IMG/VR virus record: IMGVR_UViG_3300025273_000046
Reading direction: 5' to 3' (one strand)
DNA length: 64,000 bases
DNA from: a virus
Made by a program: the position numbers and the translations under genes. Positions 48,097-57,121 of this stretch are shown piece after piece (positions within the stretch are counted from its first letter, which is position 1; every line of letters starts with the position of its first letter). Below the pieces are notes generated by a model. It worked only from the letters and a program-made list of their open reading frames with translations, had not been told where the DNA came from and ran no database searches.

Positions 48097-49655
48097 CCCA
48101 GCACCTCCGCAAGCGGCGCACCGGCCCTGAGCTTCTTCGTCGCCTCGACCGCGCCGACTGTCGCGATCATGTTCATGCCCTTGCCGGTCGGCAGCCACTG
48201 CCCGTCACTGGTCGGCTCGATCAGCCCATTGGCCGCGAGCGCATCGATCAGCGCCGCGGCGACGCTCTGGCGAAGCCCGACACCCTGGCGGAACTTCACC
48301 ACGTCGAAGGGCTCCAGATCCTTCATCCATTCGAAGGCGCGGACGAATTCTTCCTCGACGCGCTCGTCGACCGTCTTGCGGGGCGTCTGACGGTTGAACT
48401 CGTCGAAGTGCACACCGCTGGCGTTACCGCCCTCGCCGGGCTGAAGTGCCGCCGCATCCTCGAATTCCTTCCAGTCGACGCGCTTGACGATGGTCGTGTC
48501 GCCATAGCTGCCGTCTTCACGGCGCTCCCAGACGAACCAGGCGGTATTCATCCGGCTTGAGGCCTTCGGTCCCTCGTATCCCTCGCGATGCATCATCGGC
48601 AAGCGATGCTTGAAGACGTAGACGCGAGCCGGCGGCTGCTCGTCCATGGCGAAGTTTCGCGCCTCATCGGCGTAACCGCAGAAGAAGTTCCAATTCAGCA
48701 GCAGCGCCATCTTGCGCGGCTTGTGGACCCGCAGCGCATGCGCCACATAATCGTTCAATACCTCGCCATAGGGCGGATTGGTGACGATGTCAGGCCCCTC
48801 GCCCGGAGCCTCCGGCTGGCTGGCGAGAAAGTCGCCTACCGCCTGCAGCTCGCCATGCGCCGTGACCGTGTTGCGGTCGACGAGATCGGAGAGGATGACG
48901 TCATAGCCTTCCGCCTCGAGCACCGCCGAGATCGCGCCGAGGCCGCACGACGGCTCCCAGATCGTGCCCGAGAAGCTTTCGAAGGCGAGCAGCGTGCGCG
49001 TGGCAACGACGGGCGTCTGGTAAAAATTGTCGCCGCGCTCTTCCTTGCTGGCCGAGGCCGTCCCGACGGCCGCGCGCAGGTTGGCACGGCTAGGCTCTAA
49101 TCCCGCCTGGATGCGCGCCGCGATCGCCCGTTCGACCAGCCCCGGCTCTTTCGTCTCGGCGTCGCGCAGCTTACGCGCTTCGTGAACCTGTCCCTTGGAA
49201 AGGCCGACATCCTCAAGCCGAAAAAGGTTTTCGTCTGAAACCTTTTTCGGACGCCCGGGCGCGGCAACAACGCCAGCCTTCTGCGCCTCGTCGAACTGAT
49301 CGGCCAGCGCCATCTTCGCCCGCGTCTCGATCAGCAGGGCGTCGCCCTGCATGCGGCGCGCCTTGCCGATCAGTTCGTCGCTAAGCTTCATGCGCTTGGC
49401 ATAGCTCGCCGCCGCCTTCGCCTGATCGTAAACTGCCTCGGAAAGCCACAGCGCATTTTGGTAATCGCCCTCACTGAAGAGCGAGCGGGCGCGGTCGATC
49501 GTGGCGGCAAGATTGGAGGCGTCAGCGCGGGCCGGCGCCGGAACATCGATTGCGCGGCCGTTCCCGATCGCTTCCAGTACGCCGACCGTCGTCTCCACCG
49601 ACTTGCCGCCGGCGGTGATCGTTACGCGCGTATCGTCAAACCCGCGCTCCATCAC
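48093..49655 (-). CDS. N6-adenine-type methyltransferase fused to an N-terminal helical domain
   Basis: DNFYQTP, WEPSCGLGAI (motif I) and VTNPPYG (motif IV). Confidence 0.85.
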   Translation of the reverse strand: MMERGFDDTRVTITAGGKSVETTVGVLEAIGNGRAIDVPAPARADASNLAATIDRARSLFSEGDYQNALWLSEAVYDQAKAAASYAKRMKLSDELIGKARRMQGDALLIETRAKMALADQFDEAQKAGVVAAPGRPKKVSDENLFRLEDVGLSKGQVHEARKLRDAETKEPGLVERAIAARIQAGLEPSRANLRAAVGTASASKEERGDNFYQTPVVATRTLLAFESFSGTIWEPSCGLGAISAVLEAEGYDVILSDLVDRNTVTAHGELQAVGDFLASQPEAPGEGPDIVTNPPYGEVLNDYVAHALRVHKPRKMALLLNWNFFCGYADEARNFAMDEQPPARVYVFKHRLPMMHREGYEGPKASSRMNTAWFVWERREDGSYGDTTIVKRVDWKEFEDAAALQPGEGGNASGVHFDEFNRQTPRKTVDERVEEEFVRAFEWMKDLEPFDVVKFRQGVGLRQSVAAALIDALAANGLIEPTSDGQWLPTGKGMNMIATVGAVEATKKLRAGAPLAEVLG

Positions 49656-49921
49656 TCGGCCCTCATCAGCGCGGCGAGATAGCCGCGGCCCTTATCGGTC
49701 AGCGTCACGAAATGCGGATCGTCGGCCAGGCGCTCGACATAGCCGCCATCGACAGCTTTCGCCGCGCCCCGGCGGTCACTTTCCAGCGCGAGCGGATAGG
49801 CGCGGCCATGCCGCCGGGAAAACTGCGCTGCCCGATAGAGCAGCTGCCGTCCGTCGGGACCGATCGGAGGATCGATGACATGAACGCTGGCCTGCTTGGA
49901 CTCTTGAGACCGTCTCTTCAC
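49652..49921 (-). CDS. Hypothetical protein
   Basis: Coupled GTGA/ATGA overlaps. Confidence 0.6.
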   Translation of the reverse strand: MKRRSQESKQASVHVIDPPIGPDGRQLLYRAAQFSRRHGRAYPLALESDRRGAAKAVDGGYVERLADDPHFVTLTDKGRGYLAALMRAE

Positions 49922-50265
49922 GCCGCCACCTCGTTTGGCTGCCGGGCGAGCCGATAGCCTTGCCCCCAGATCGTTTCGATGCGGACGCCGAAGCGGGAAA
50001 GTTTCTTGCGTAGCTTGCAGACGAAGACGTCGACGATCTTGATCTCCGGCTCTTCGGCCCGGTCGCTGTAGAGCGCCATCATGATCGATTGCTTCGTGCC
50101 GAAATCGCGGCTGGCGAGATGCGCGAAGACGCGCGCCTCCTGCGCCGTCAACTGATACTCGATCGGCGCGCTCACGCTCGAAGGCATCAGCGCCTCCTCA
50201 AGCTGGCGGATTCGCTCTTCGAGGAAGGCGATGCGGTCGCGCTGCAGGTCGACGAGCTCATCCAT
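49918..50265 (-). CDS. Receiver-less OmpR-type winged-helix protein, CtrA-like recognition helix
   Basis: EPEIKIVDVFVCKLRKKL...IETIWGQGYRL after a short coiled coil. Confidence 0.88.
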   Translation of the reverse strand: MDELVDLQRDRIAFLEERIRQLEEALMPSSVSAPIEYQLTAQEARVFAHLASRDFGTKQSIMMALYSDRAEEPEIKIVDVFVCKLRKKLSRFGVRIETIWGQGYRLARQPNEVAA

Positions 50266-50656
50266 GCCGCACCGCCGCCTTCGCTTCGGTCACGGGGGGG
50301 GTATGGGTGTATTTCTGCCGGTTCATCAGGCTGTAGCCGGTGAAACGCTTGCTGATGATCACGACACCGAACGGCCGCAGCTTCTTGCGCAGCTTGCTGA
50401 CGTGGCTCTCGACGGCGTTGCAATCCGGTTCCTTGTCGAGGTCGAGCCGGTCGCTGTAGAGCGCCTGATAGAGCGTTTCCTTGGTGACGACGTCGCGCCG
50501 CGTGAGCGCCGAGAAGATCCGTCGCTCAGCATTGGCCAGCTGCCATTCCGCGGGAACCACGACGTCATCAGGCACCAGCAGCGTTTCCAGCTGCCGGACG
50601 CGCTCCCGAAGCGTCGCGTTCTCTTCCCGCAAAATGCCAACCAGGTCGTCAGACAC
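50258..50656 (-). CDS. Second receiver-less OmpR-type winged-helix paralog
   Basis: Same layout: coiled coil, LANAERRIF..L, NAVESHVSKLRKKL, GYSL. Confidence 0.85.
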   Translation of the reverse strand: MSDDLVGILREENATLRERVRQLETLLVPDDVVVPAEWQLANAERRIFSALTRRDVVTKETLYQALYSDRLDLDKEPDCNAVESHVSKLRKKLRPFGVVIISKRFTGYSLMNRQKYTHTPPVTEAKAAVRHG

Positions 50657-51503
50657 GCGCCTTCCTCCGGTTCATGAAGAGCACGGAGGCCATGGCGCGC
50701 CACAGCGGCACCTTGCGCTCGGCGGCAAAGCGCTTGGCTTCGCTTTCGATCTGGTCGGGCATGGCGGAGATCAGCGCGGAGATGCGCTCGGGCTCGATCT
50801 GACCCTTATATTCCTTGTCGAACATCAGATGCTCGACCGCCCGGATCAGCACCGCGCCGACGGGGGCTGCCCCGCCCTTGACGCAGGTTTCCAGCACCTC
50901 GCGTGCGCCCTTGGCATGCCGGCGGGAGATCACCGCCTGGATCGTGGTCACTGCCATGCACTCGCCCGGCTTGAAGCGGGCCATCGGGGGCGGGTTCTTC
51001 AGGAGCTTGACGCCGGCCCGGTCGCAGACCTGCGCCATGGTCAGCGCGTCTTCGTCGCCGGCGGCGACAAGGGCGGCATGCAGCTGCGTCGCCGTCACCT
51101 GGATCCGGTCTCGGTTGTGGCGGACGAAGGCCGAGGCCCGCTGCGCCAGCGCCTCGGCCCGAACGACAAGAACCGGGATCACCGGTATTCCGCCATGCGT
51201 CACCGCGCCGATCGCGGTATGCTGGCCGTCGATCACATGCAGGACGCCGCCGACGTCGACGACGATCGGCGGCTTGAAGGCGAGCCAACTCCATTCGGCG
51301 ATGATCTTGCGGATCAGCCGTATCGACCGATCGGAGAGGCCGCGCTGATATCCCTCGTCGACGACGAGGGACGCCGGATCGGCGAGGCGAACCTCGGGCA
51401 TCCAGTCGGGAATTTCCGCGCGGGGCAGATCCGGAAAGTCGAGCGCGGCGACTGGCCGCGCGGAGATATTGGCCGTTGCAGGCAATGAGGATCCGTCCAT
51501 CAC
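50649..51503 (-). CDS. ParB/Srx-like domain protein (DUF6551-like)
   Basis: VDEGYQRGL and PPIVV...VIDGQHT motifs. Confidence 0.8.
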   Translation of the reverse strand: MMDGSSLPATANISARPVAALDFPDLPRAEIPDWMPEVRLADPASLVVDEGYQRGLSDRSIRLIRKIIAEWSWLAFKPPIVVDVGGVLHVIDGQHTAIGAVTHGGIPVIPVLVVRAEALAQRASAFVRHNRDRIQVTATQLHAALVAAGDEDALTMAQVCDRAGVKLLKNPPPMARFKPGECMAVTTIQAVISRRHAKGAREVLETCVKGGAAPVGAVLIRAVEHLMFDKEYKGQIEPERISALISAMPDQIESEAKRFAAERKVPLWRAMASVLFMNRRKARV

Positions 51504-51991
51504 TCCCCCACCACTTTCAGGTCAGCCCTGCCGCCACCGGCGGCCTTGATCACGGCCAGCGCCTGGCGGAAGCTGGACATTTCGCGCTCCAGCTCGTTGG
51601 CCTCGCGGTCCATCGCATGCGCCTCGGCCGGCGTAATTTTGCCGTCGGCCATGGCAGCGGCTCCCGTCGCCATCAGCGCCGCAGCCTTCTGCAGAACTTC
51701 GGAATAGGAGGCGAGCACGCCGATATTGGCCTTTTGCTCGGCCTCGGGATCGGAAAGCCGGCGGCCGGAGAGCTCCGCCATCGCCTGTGTGACGACGGGA
51801 ACGCCGCATTCGCTTTCCAGCGCGTAGACGACCGACAGCGGCATCATGTCGATGTCGCGGGCATTGTTCATGCGGCCGATATGGCTGGGAGAAACGGAAG
51901 AAATCTCGGCGGCGCGCTCGATGCCGCCGACCAGCTTGATCAAGTCCCGCTGTGCGGATTTGATCCGGTGAAACCATGCATCAGAAGACAT
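51500..51991 (-). CDS. CII-like regulator
   Basis: Position after cro; VYALESECGVPVVT and DGKITPAE motifs. Confidence 0.75.
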   Translation of the reverse strand: MSSDAWFHRIKSAQRDLIKLVGGIERAAEISSVSPSHIGRMNNARDIDMMPLSVVYALESECGVPVVTQAMAELSGRRLSDPEAEQKANIGVLASYSEVLQKAAALMATGAAAMADGKITPAEAHAMDREANELEREMSSFRQALAVIKAAGGGRADLKVVGE

Positions 51992-52205
51992 GACAAATCC
52001 TTTCCCGCGCCGGGAAATCCGGGCGGTTTTTCCCGTAGTGGGAAACGCTGGAAACTGTGAAAACTCAGCCCGTTAGCAGATCACGGGGGACCGCATGCCT
52101 GGACGAAAGACAAACGACGAAAAGAAGGCGCGCCGGACGATAAAGGTCCGCCCGTCCGGCGCGAGTTGGCGCGGCGATCACTACCTTCGCGGCGCTGGGG
52201 AAAAA

Positions 52206-52457
52206 TCATTCGGCGGCCTCGCTCGTTTCCGGATAGGGAATGTCGCGGGCGGCACAGTTGGCCCGATAGAATTCTTCGGGCCCAAATGGCGTAAGTGGAA
52301 TCAGCACGCGCCAGTGACGGTCGGGGATGCCCGTCAGCCGCCACTTGTATATTGCGTCACGGGTAATCACGACACCGGCGTCAATGCAGGCGCGCTCGAC
52401 CGCAGCCACGCCGCCGGCTTCTTTGATGATCTTTGTGACAGTGATTTCCGCTTCCAT
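52206..52457 (-). CDS. Cro-like repressor
   Basis: Divergent from cI; II..AGG..AV......AIYKW...GIP..HW. Confidence 0.85.
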   Translation of the reverse strand: MEAEITVTKIIKEAGGVAAVERACIDAGVVITRDAIYKWRLTGIPDRHWRVLIPLTPFGPEEFYRANCAARDIPYPETSEAAE

Positions 52458-52470
52458 GCACGCAGCTGTA

Positions 52471-52508
52471 CTAGATTTTAAATCTAGCTTCAAGCCATGG
52501 GAAATCTA
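52471..52508. promoter_or_regulatory. OR-like operator region
   Basis: Perfect palindrome CTAGATTTAAATCTAG (52471-52486) plus a further half-site AAATCTA (52502-52508). Confidence 0.65.
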
Positions 52509-52534
52509 CACCAGAAAAAAATTCCGGATTTAAT

Positions 52535-53248
52535 ATGCGTTTCATGACTTGGTGGAAGCGACTTGACCACAGGCGGATAGAACTCGGATGGAGCGGTGCG
52601 GAACTTGCACGGCGCGCGGGTATTCCCTATGCGAACATAAACAAATATCTGAACGGCAAGATTGAGCAGCCGCGCGGCGAAGAAATGCAAAAGCTGGCAT
52701 CAGCTATCGGCAAGTCAGCGCTCTGGTTGCGAGACGGGCTTGAGCTTAGCGACGTCGAAGCCGCCCCCATTGAAGGCCGTCTGTTGCCGGTCGCCGTTGT
52801 CGGAAAGGTCGAAGCGGGCACGTTCCGCGAAGTTGACGACATGGACCAGTCAGAACGAGAACTACTTTCTCTGCCGGCCGACGATCGGTTTCCGAGCGCT
52901 AGGTTGATGGCTTTCGACGTCTCCGGCGATTCCATGAACGAGCTGCGTCCGCGACCCATTCTTCCGGGAGACCGCGTCATCTGCGTTTCTTATGAAGATG
53001 TTGCCCACGAGGCGCCCTTGCGCGATGGGATGGTGGTGGTCGTAGAGCGATCCCGCGACGGCGGACAAACACGCGAATGGTCTGTGAAGCAAATCGAGCT
53101 CTACCAGGACAGAACCGAATATCATCCGAGATCTACGAACCCAAAGCATAAGCCTATCGTTGTGCCGCGCGATCCGGATGCCGACACTGGCACGCTAGTC
53201 GAGATCATTGGCCTGGTTAGAAGGGTTGTCAACGACCTCCCATTTTAG
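52535..53248 (+). CDS. CI-like repressor (HTH + S24 autopeptidase)
   Basis: HTH WSGAELARRAGI; Ala-Gly site VEAG; catalytic Ser GDSM and Lys SVKQ. Confidence 0.95.
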   Translation: MRFMTWWKRLDHRRIELGWSGAELARRAGIPYANINKYLNGKIEQPRGEEMQKLASAIGKSALWLRDGLELSDVEAAPIEGRLLPVAVVGKVEAGTFREVDDMDQSERELLSLPADDRFPSARLMAFDVSGDSMNELRPRPILPGDRVICVSYEDVAHEAPLRDGMVVVVERSRDGGQTREWSVKQIELYQDRTEYHPRSTNPKHKPIVVPRDPDADTGTLVEIIGLVRRVVNDLPF

Positions 53249-53496
53249 GTTCCGTCAGCGCGCGCGTCATGTACGCCGCAGAGCGAGGCGCTGACGAGAA
53301 GGCCGATAGCGCTGTCGCATTTGGCGCATGAGAACCGCAAATTTCCCAGAAGGCCGCTCTCCAATAGCTCCTCTACGTCGCTCGGCGCTTCATCGATCCT
53401 GGGCACCTTAATTAGCCTCGTGCTCTCCCGCATGCAGTTCTCACATCTGATCTGCAGCTCAAATTCGCGTGATACTTCGCTGATCAAAAGTTGCAT
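53245..53496 (-). CDS. Small Zn-binding protein under a LexA box
   Basis: RCENC...CAKC; SD AAGGAG lies inside the LexA box. Confidence 0.8.
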   Translation of the reverse strand: MQLLISEVSREFELQIRCENCMRESTRLIKVPRIDEAPSDVEELLESGLLGNLRFSCAKCDSAIGLLVSASLCGVHDARADGT

Positions 53497-53499
53497 GCC

Positions 53500-53514
53500 G
53501 TTCTCCTTTGGTTC
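53500..53514 (-). promoter_or_regulatory. Perfect alphaproteobacterial LexA box
   Basis: GTTC-TCCTTTG-GTTC (GAAC-N7-GAAC on the minus strand), 3 nt upstream of the ATG at 53496. Confidence 0.8.
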
Positions 53515-53560
53515 TCATTAATCCTGAGAACGCACCCGGAGTCGAGTCGAATCACCAACA

Positions 53561-53615
53561 TAGATTTTATTTCTATCTCCCTATTGACGCCGTTCGAATG
53601 TAGATTTAATTTCCA
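53561..53615 (+). promoter_or_regulatory. PL-like promoter with operator-like sites
   Basis: TTGACG (53584) and TAATTT 17 nt later; TAGATTT half-sites at 53561 and 53601 match the OR palindrome. Confidence 0.6.
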
Positions 53616-53727
53616 TCTCGTCCGGCGATCCTCCTCCCTTCCCCGGATGACCGCAAAAGCCAGCCGCCGCTTCACACTCCTCCCGAAGAAGCGGCGGCCG
53701 GCGCGGTCGGGATCAAAGGAGATGATC

Positions 53728-53910
53728 ATGAAAACCAAAAGCGAGATTACTGCCGCTGACCGGCGCGACCGCAGCATCATGCTGCGCCTCTATCAGGACC
53801 GTGGCCCCCAGACCGAAAAGACGCTGCTTGCCGCCGGCATCAGCCTCGAAAGCCAGGCCCGCAACGTCCCGTGGGTCGCCGAGCAGGTCAAGCTCGCCGA
53901 GGCCGCCTAG
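53728..53910 (+). CDS. First PL-operon protein (hypothetical)
   Basis: SD AAGGAG. Confidence 0.65.
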   Translation: MKTKSEITAADRRDRSIMLRLYQDRGPQTEKTLLAAGISLESQARNVPWVAEQVKLAEAA

Positions 53911-54000
53911 TCCTCTGGCCCGAACCGAGGATCCGGCTTCGGTCTCCGCCCCGACCAGGAACGGGGCGGTTTCCCAAGCGGATGAACAAGGGGAAATCCG

Positions 54001-54198
54001 ATGAACCACGTCATGCCAGTCGCGACGGCCCGCAGGAGCCTCGCTGATATCCTGACTTCCGATGACAGCCGCCGCGATCTCGAAGAGCGGATGCTGGATA
54101 CGATACGCATGAGGAGCAAGACCCAGCGCTGTGCCGAGGCCGCACTGCTGCTGGCGGTCGGCTTCACGCTGGCCTTCTCCTTCGCACTGGGGATCTGA
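54001..54198 (+). CDS. Hypothetical protein with C-terminal TM
   Basis: SD GGGGA; in operon. Confidence 0.6.
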   Translation: MNHVMPVATARRSLADILTSDDSRRDLEERMLDTIRMRSKTQRCAEAALLLAVGFTLAFSFALGI

Positions 54199-54205
54199 GC
54201 CCGTG

Positions 54206-54466
54206 ATGGCGATCACCCCGACCCTGACAGTGCTCGCGGCGATCCAGACCGCCGCCGTCCTCGGTTTTCTCGTCTGGATGGTGCGCCGCGACAAACGGCG
54301 CCACGAGGACATGATTGCCGCGATCGAGTATGCGCTCGGTCTCGATCTCTTCCGCCAGCGCCAGTTCCTGCGCCTCTTCATCGACGGCGAACAGGCCGCG
54401 TTGAAGCGCGATTATCCCGAGTGGACTTCTTTCCTCACCCACTTCCGCACCATGGAGGGCTACTGA
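54206..54466 (+). CDS. Hypothetical protein with N-terminal TM
   Basis: In operon. Confidence 0.6.
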   Translation: MAITPTLTVLAAIQTAAVLGFLVWMVRRDKRRHEDMIAAIEYALGLDLFRQRQFLRLFIDGEQAALKRDYPEWTSFLTHFRTMEGY

Positions 54467-54467
54467 C

Positions 54468-54818
54468 ATGGCAGAGATTTTGCATTTCCCGCGCACCGCG
54501 CCCCGCCCGGCCCTCCGCCTCGTCGGCGACGTCGATGACATGGTCGCGGCCGAACTGAAGGGCGAGGGCCTCAGGCACATCGCCGCGGCCCTGGACCATA
54601 TGGCCTCGGCCAATTGCGAACTGATCGCCGTCAACAGGATCCTGCTCAGCCGGCAGGATGACGTGACGGACCTCGTCAGCGAGGAAACCATCATCAGCCT
54701 CTGCCACGCCCTGATATCGGTCATCGACGCCAAGGGCTGCCGCACCGACGACCGGGCGCTGCGTAATGCCGCCGCAAAGGCGATATCAGATCGGGAGGGC
54801 ACCTCCCATGGCAACTAG
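54468..54818 (+). CDS. Hypothetical protein
   Basis: SD GGAGG. Confidence 0.65.
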   Translation: MAEILHFPRTAPRPALRLVGDVDDMVAAELKGEGLRHIAAALDHMASANCELIAVNRILLSRQDDVTDLVSEETIISLCHALISVIDAKGCRTDDRALRNAAAKAISDREGTSHGN

Positions 54819-55080
54819 CGCCCTCGCCACCCCGCCGTCGGCAATGGCCGTTGACGCCTCGACCCTCTTCTCGGTCGCCCTCGGCCACCTCAAAATCCGC
54901 CTGCCGTTGCACCATGACGAGAGCCACTGCGGCACGATCGCCGACGCCGATGGCAACATGGTTTTCGTCGTCGACGTCAACCGCGAGCGTTCCGACGCCG
55001 AGGTCCGCGACATCGCCGAGCTGCTGCTGCTCGCGATCAACGTCCATGGCGGGTTCATGACGGAGTTCACCAATGGCTGA
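54808..55080 (+). CDS. Hypothetical protein
   Basis: SD GGAGG; overlap coupling. Confidence 0.65.
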   Translation: MATSALATPPSAMAVDASTLFSVALGHLKIRLPLHHDESHCGTIADADGNMVFVVDVNRERSDAEVRDIAELLLLAINVHGGFMTEFTNG

Positions 55081-55687
55081 CACGCTTCTCGCCACATGCT
55101 GGCAGGAACTCACCACCAAGGATGGCCGCTCCTCCAAAGAGAACCATGGCATGGCCCTCATCACCCGCGATGAGCTGCAGCAGTTCCTGCATCTCGCCGC
55201 ACTCAAATGGGATGAAGACCGTCGCCATGGCATTTCCGTCGAAGAGCTGCGCGACCTTGATGGCGGCCTAATGGGCTATTGGACCAGGGGCCATCATCCG
55301 CTCCATCACTTCCAGGAAGCGGCGAATTGCTACAGCGGCGCCGATGCTCGATACGATGAGCGCTATATCGCCGAGCCATCCAGCATCAGGCACGAGTGGT
55401 GGCGCACCACGCCAGTCGGCGGCGAGCCGGGCATGGTGCAATATCTGCCGGCAGAGCCAAGATCACGCGGCGCGTTTGCGGTCACCGTGAGCACGATTGT
55501 CGAAGATCGCTACATCAAAAAATCGACACGCGAAATCGCCGACCACCATAGGGCAGCGGCCCGCGGCTTCGCCGACGGGCTGAATTGGGCGCTGCGCCAA
55601 CTGGAACGGATTAATCCGTCCGCTGGCGATGATCTCCTCAAATTTTATCGCGATGAAAACAAGAAGGAGCGCAGCCATGTCAGCTGA
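55073..55687 (+). CDS. Hypothetical protein
   Basis: SD GGAG; overlap coupling. Confidence 0.7.
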   Translation: MADTLLATCWQELTTKDGRSSKENHGMALITRDELQQFLHLAALKWDEDRRHGISVEELRDLDGGLMGYWTRGHHPLHHFQEAANCYSGADARYDERYIAEPSSIRHEWWRTTPVGGEPGMVQYLPAEPRSRGAFAVTVSTIVEDRYIKKSTREIADHHRAAARGFADGLNWALRQLERINPSAGDDLLKFYRDENKKERSHVS

Positions 55688-55826
55688 CACCCTCTTCCGC
55701 GTCCATTTCGAGGACGGCACCAAGCTCGACGTCACCGCCGGTGACAGCGCATCGGCCGGCAAGCGCGCCGGCGCAGAGCATCCCGGCATCATCACCAAGA
55801 TCAAGCGCGTCAAGGGGAACGGATGA
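55677..55826 (+). CDS. Small hypothetical protein
   Basis: SD AAGGAG; FRVHFEDG motif. Confidence 0.6.
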   Translation: MSADTLFRVHFEDGTKLDVTAGDSASAGKRAGAEHPGIITKIKRVKGNG

Positions 55827-56218
55827 TGGAGAGCAATCGCGAGACGATTTCCCTCGACGAATTTCGGGCGCGCCTCAAGGCGCAAGGCGTCAGCGACCGC
55901 GTTCACGCCGCCTTTAAGTGCCCGGTCTGCAAGACTGTCCAATCGATACAGAGCTTCATCAATGCTGGCTGTGACGCAGATACCGCTGAAAGGTTCATCG
56001 GCTTTTCGTGCATTGGTAGAGAGACTGGGGCTGGAGCGCCCCGGAAGGAACCTGATGGCAAGCCATGCAACTGGACACTCGGAGGCCTTTTCCGCGTCCA
56101 CACGCTCGAATTTATCGACCAGGAAGGGGAAGTGCATCCCCTCTTTGAGGTAGCTTCTCCGGAGGAAGCTCAGGCTCTTGAGGCCACTCAGCCCGAACTG
56201 AGGAGCCCAAACACGTGA
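55823..56218 (+). CDS. VVA0879-like Cys-rich phage protein
   Basis: FKCPVC..VQS, FSCIGR and CNWTLGGLF motifs. Confidence 0.7.
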   Translation: MMESNRETISLDEFRARLKAQGVSDRVHAAFKCPVCKTVQSIQSFINAGCDADTAERFIGFSCIGRETGAGAPRKEPDGKPCNWTLGGLFRVHTLEFIDQEGEVHPLFEVASPEEAQALEATQPELRSPNT

Positions 56219-56604
56219 CCGACCTCCTGCAGCGCGTCGCCGAGGACGTCCAGGATCACATGGACGCCATCCTTAAGAACTTCAAACTGGACGCCAAGAT
56301 CACCGTTCTCGTCCGCTTCCCTGGCAAGCCGACAGCGGACTTCTGCATGACCGGTGACGACCTTCCAGCCGTGGCAGATATGGTCCACCGTCGGATGGAC
56401 AGCGAAGGCATTGTCCAGGCCGCAGCACGACGGTTTACCTCGTTCGTCGACCTGATCGAAAGCCGAGCCCAGGCTTGCGACGGGCCGGTGACGCCATTCC
56501 TTGAAGAGCTTGCGTCAGCGACGAGCGAGGAGAAGGAGCGTTTCACCGCCATTCTTCGCGACCTCTATTCGGCGTTCAATCCGAAGGAGGCACGAAATGG
56601 CTGA
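56215..56604 (+). CDS. Hypothetical protein
   Basis: GTGA coupling. Confidence 0.65.
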   Translation: MTDLLQRVAEDVQDHMDAILKNFKLDAKITVLVRFPGKPTADFCMTGDDLPAVADMVHRRMDSEGIVQAAARRFTSFVDLIESRAQACDGPVTPFLEELASATSEEKERFTAILRDLYSAFNPKEARNG

Positions 56605-57121
56605 CATCACCCTCTGGAAACCAGAGCCGGACGTTCTCATTCACCAGGCGCTCGGAAAAGCGCTTGAGGAGGCGGGTGAGCTGTCGGCGATCCTCGCGCG
56701 ATGCCTTATCCAGGGCATCAACGAAGGCGAGCCGGTCAGCGGCAAGCCAAACCGCAAGGCGCTGTTCGACGAGATCGCCGACGTTCTCGCCGCGACCCAA
56801 TGGCTGCGCGAGATCGTCGGCGACGGGCTCGACGAGGCGCGCGTCGCCCGAAAGCTCGCTGGCTTCCGTCTCTGGCAGCAAATGCTGGAGGAGGATGCCC
56901 AGCAGGCGAAAGCCGATGACGATACCTATCAATGCCCCATCTGCGCTGTCGCCATCAACGATGACGATCTCTGCGCCACCGATATCGAGATGGGCACCTG
57001 CCACGCCGCTTGCCTGGAAGGATCGCCGGTCGTCGACCTGGAAACCGGCGAGCCGACCGATGGCAAGGCCGGCACGTTCCGTTACGGCGAAAATCTCACT
57101 GGGAGACCTTCACATGACTAA
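56597..57121 (+). CDS. MazG-like pyrophosphohydrolase domain plus C-terminal Cys/His module
   Basis: KALEEAGEL...DEIADV; CPIC...CHAAC. Confidence 0.65.
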   Translation: MADITLWKPEPDVLIHQALGKALEEAGELSAILARCLIQGINEGEPVSGKPNRKALFDEIADVLAATQWLREIVGDGLDEARVARKLAGFRLWQQMLEEDAQQAKADDDTYQCPICAVAINDDDLCATDIEMGTCHAACLEGSPVVDLETGEPTDGKAGTFRYGENLTGRPSHD

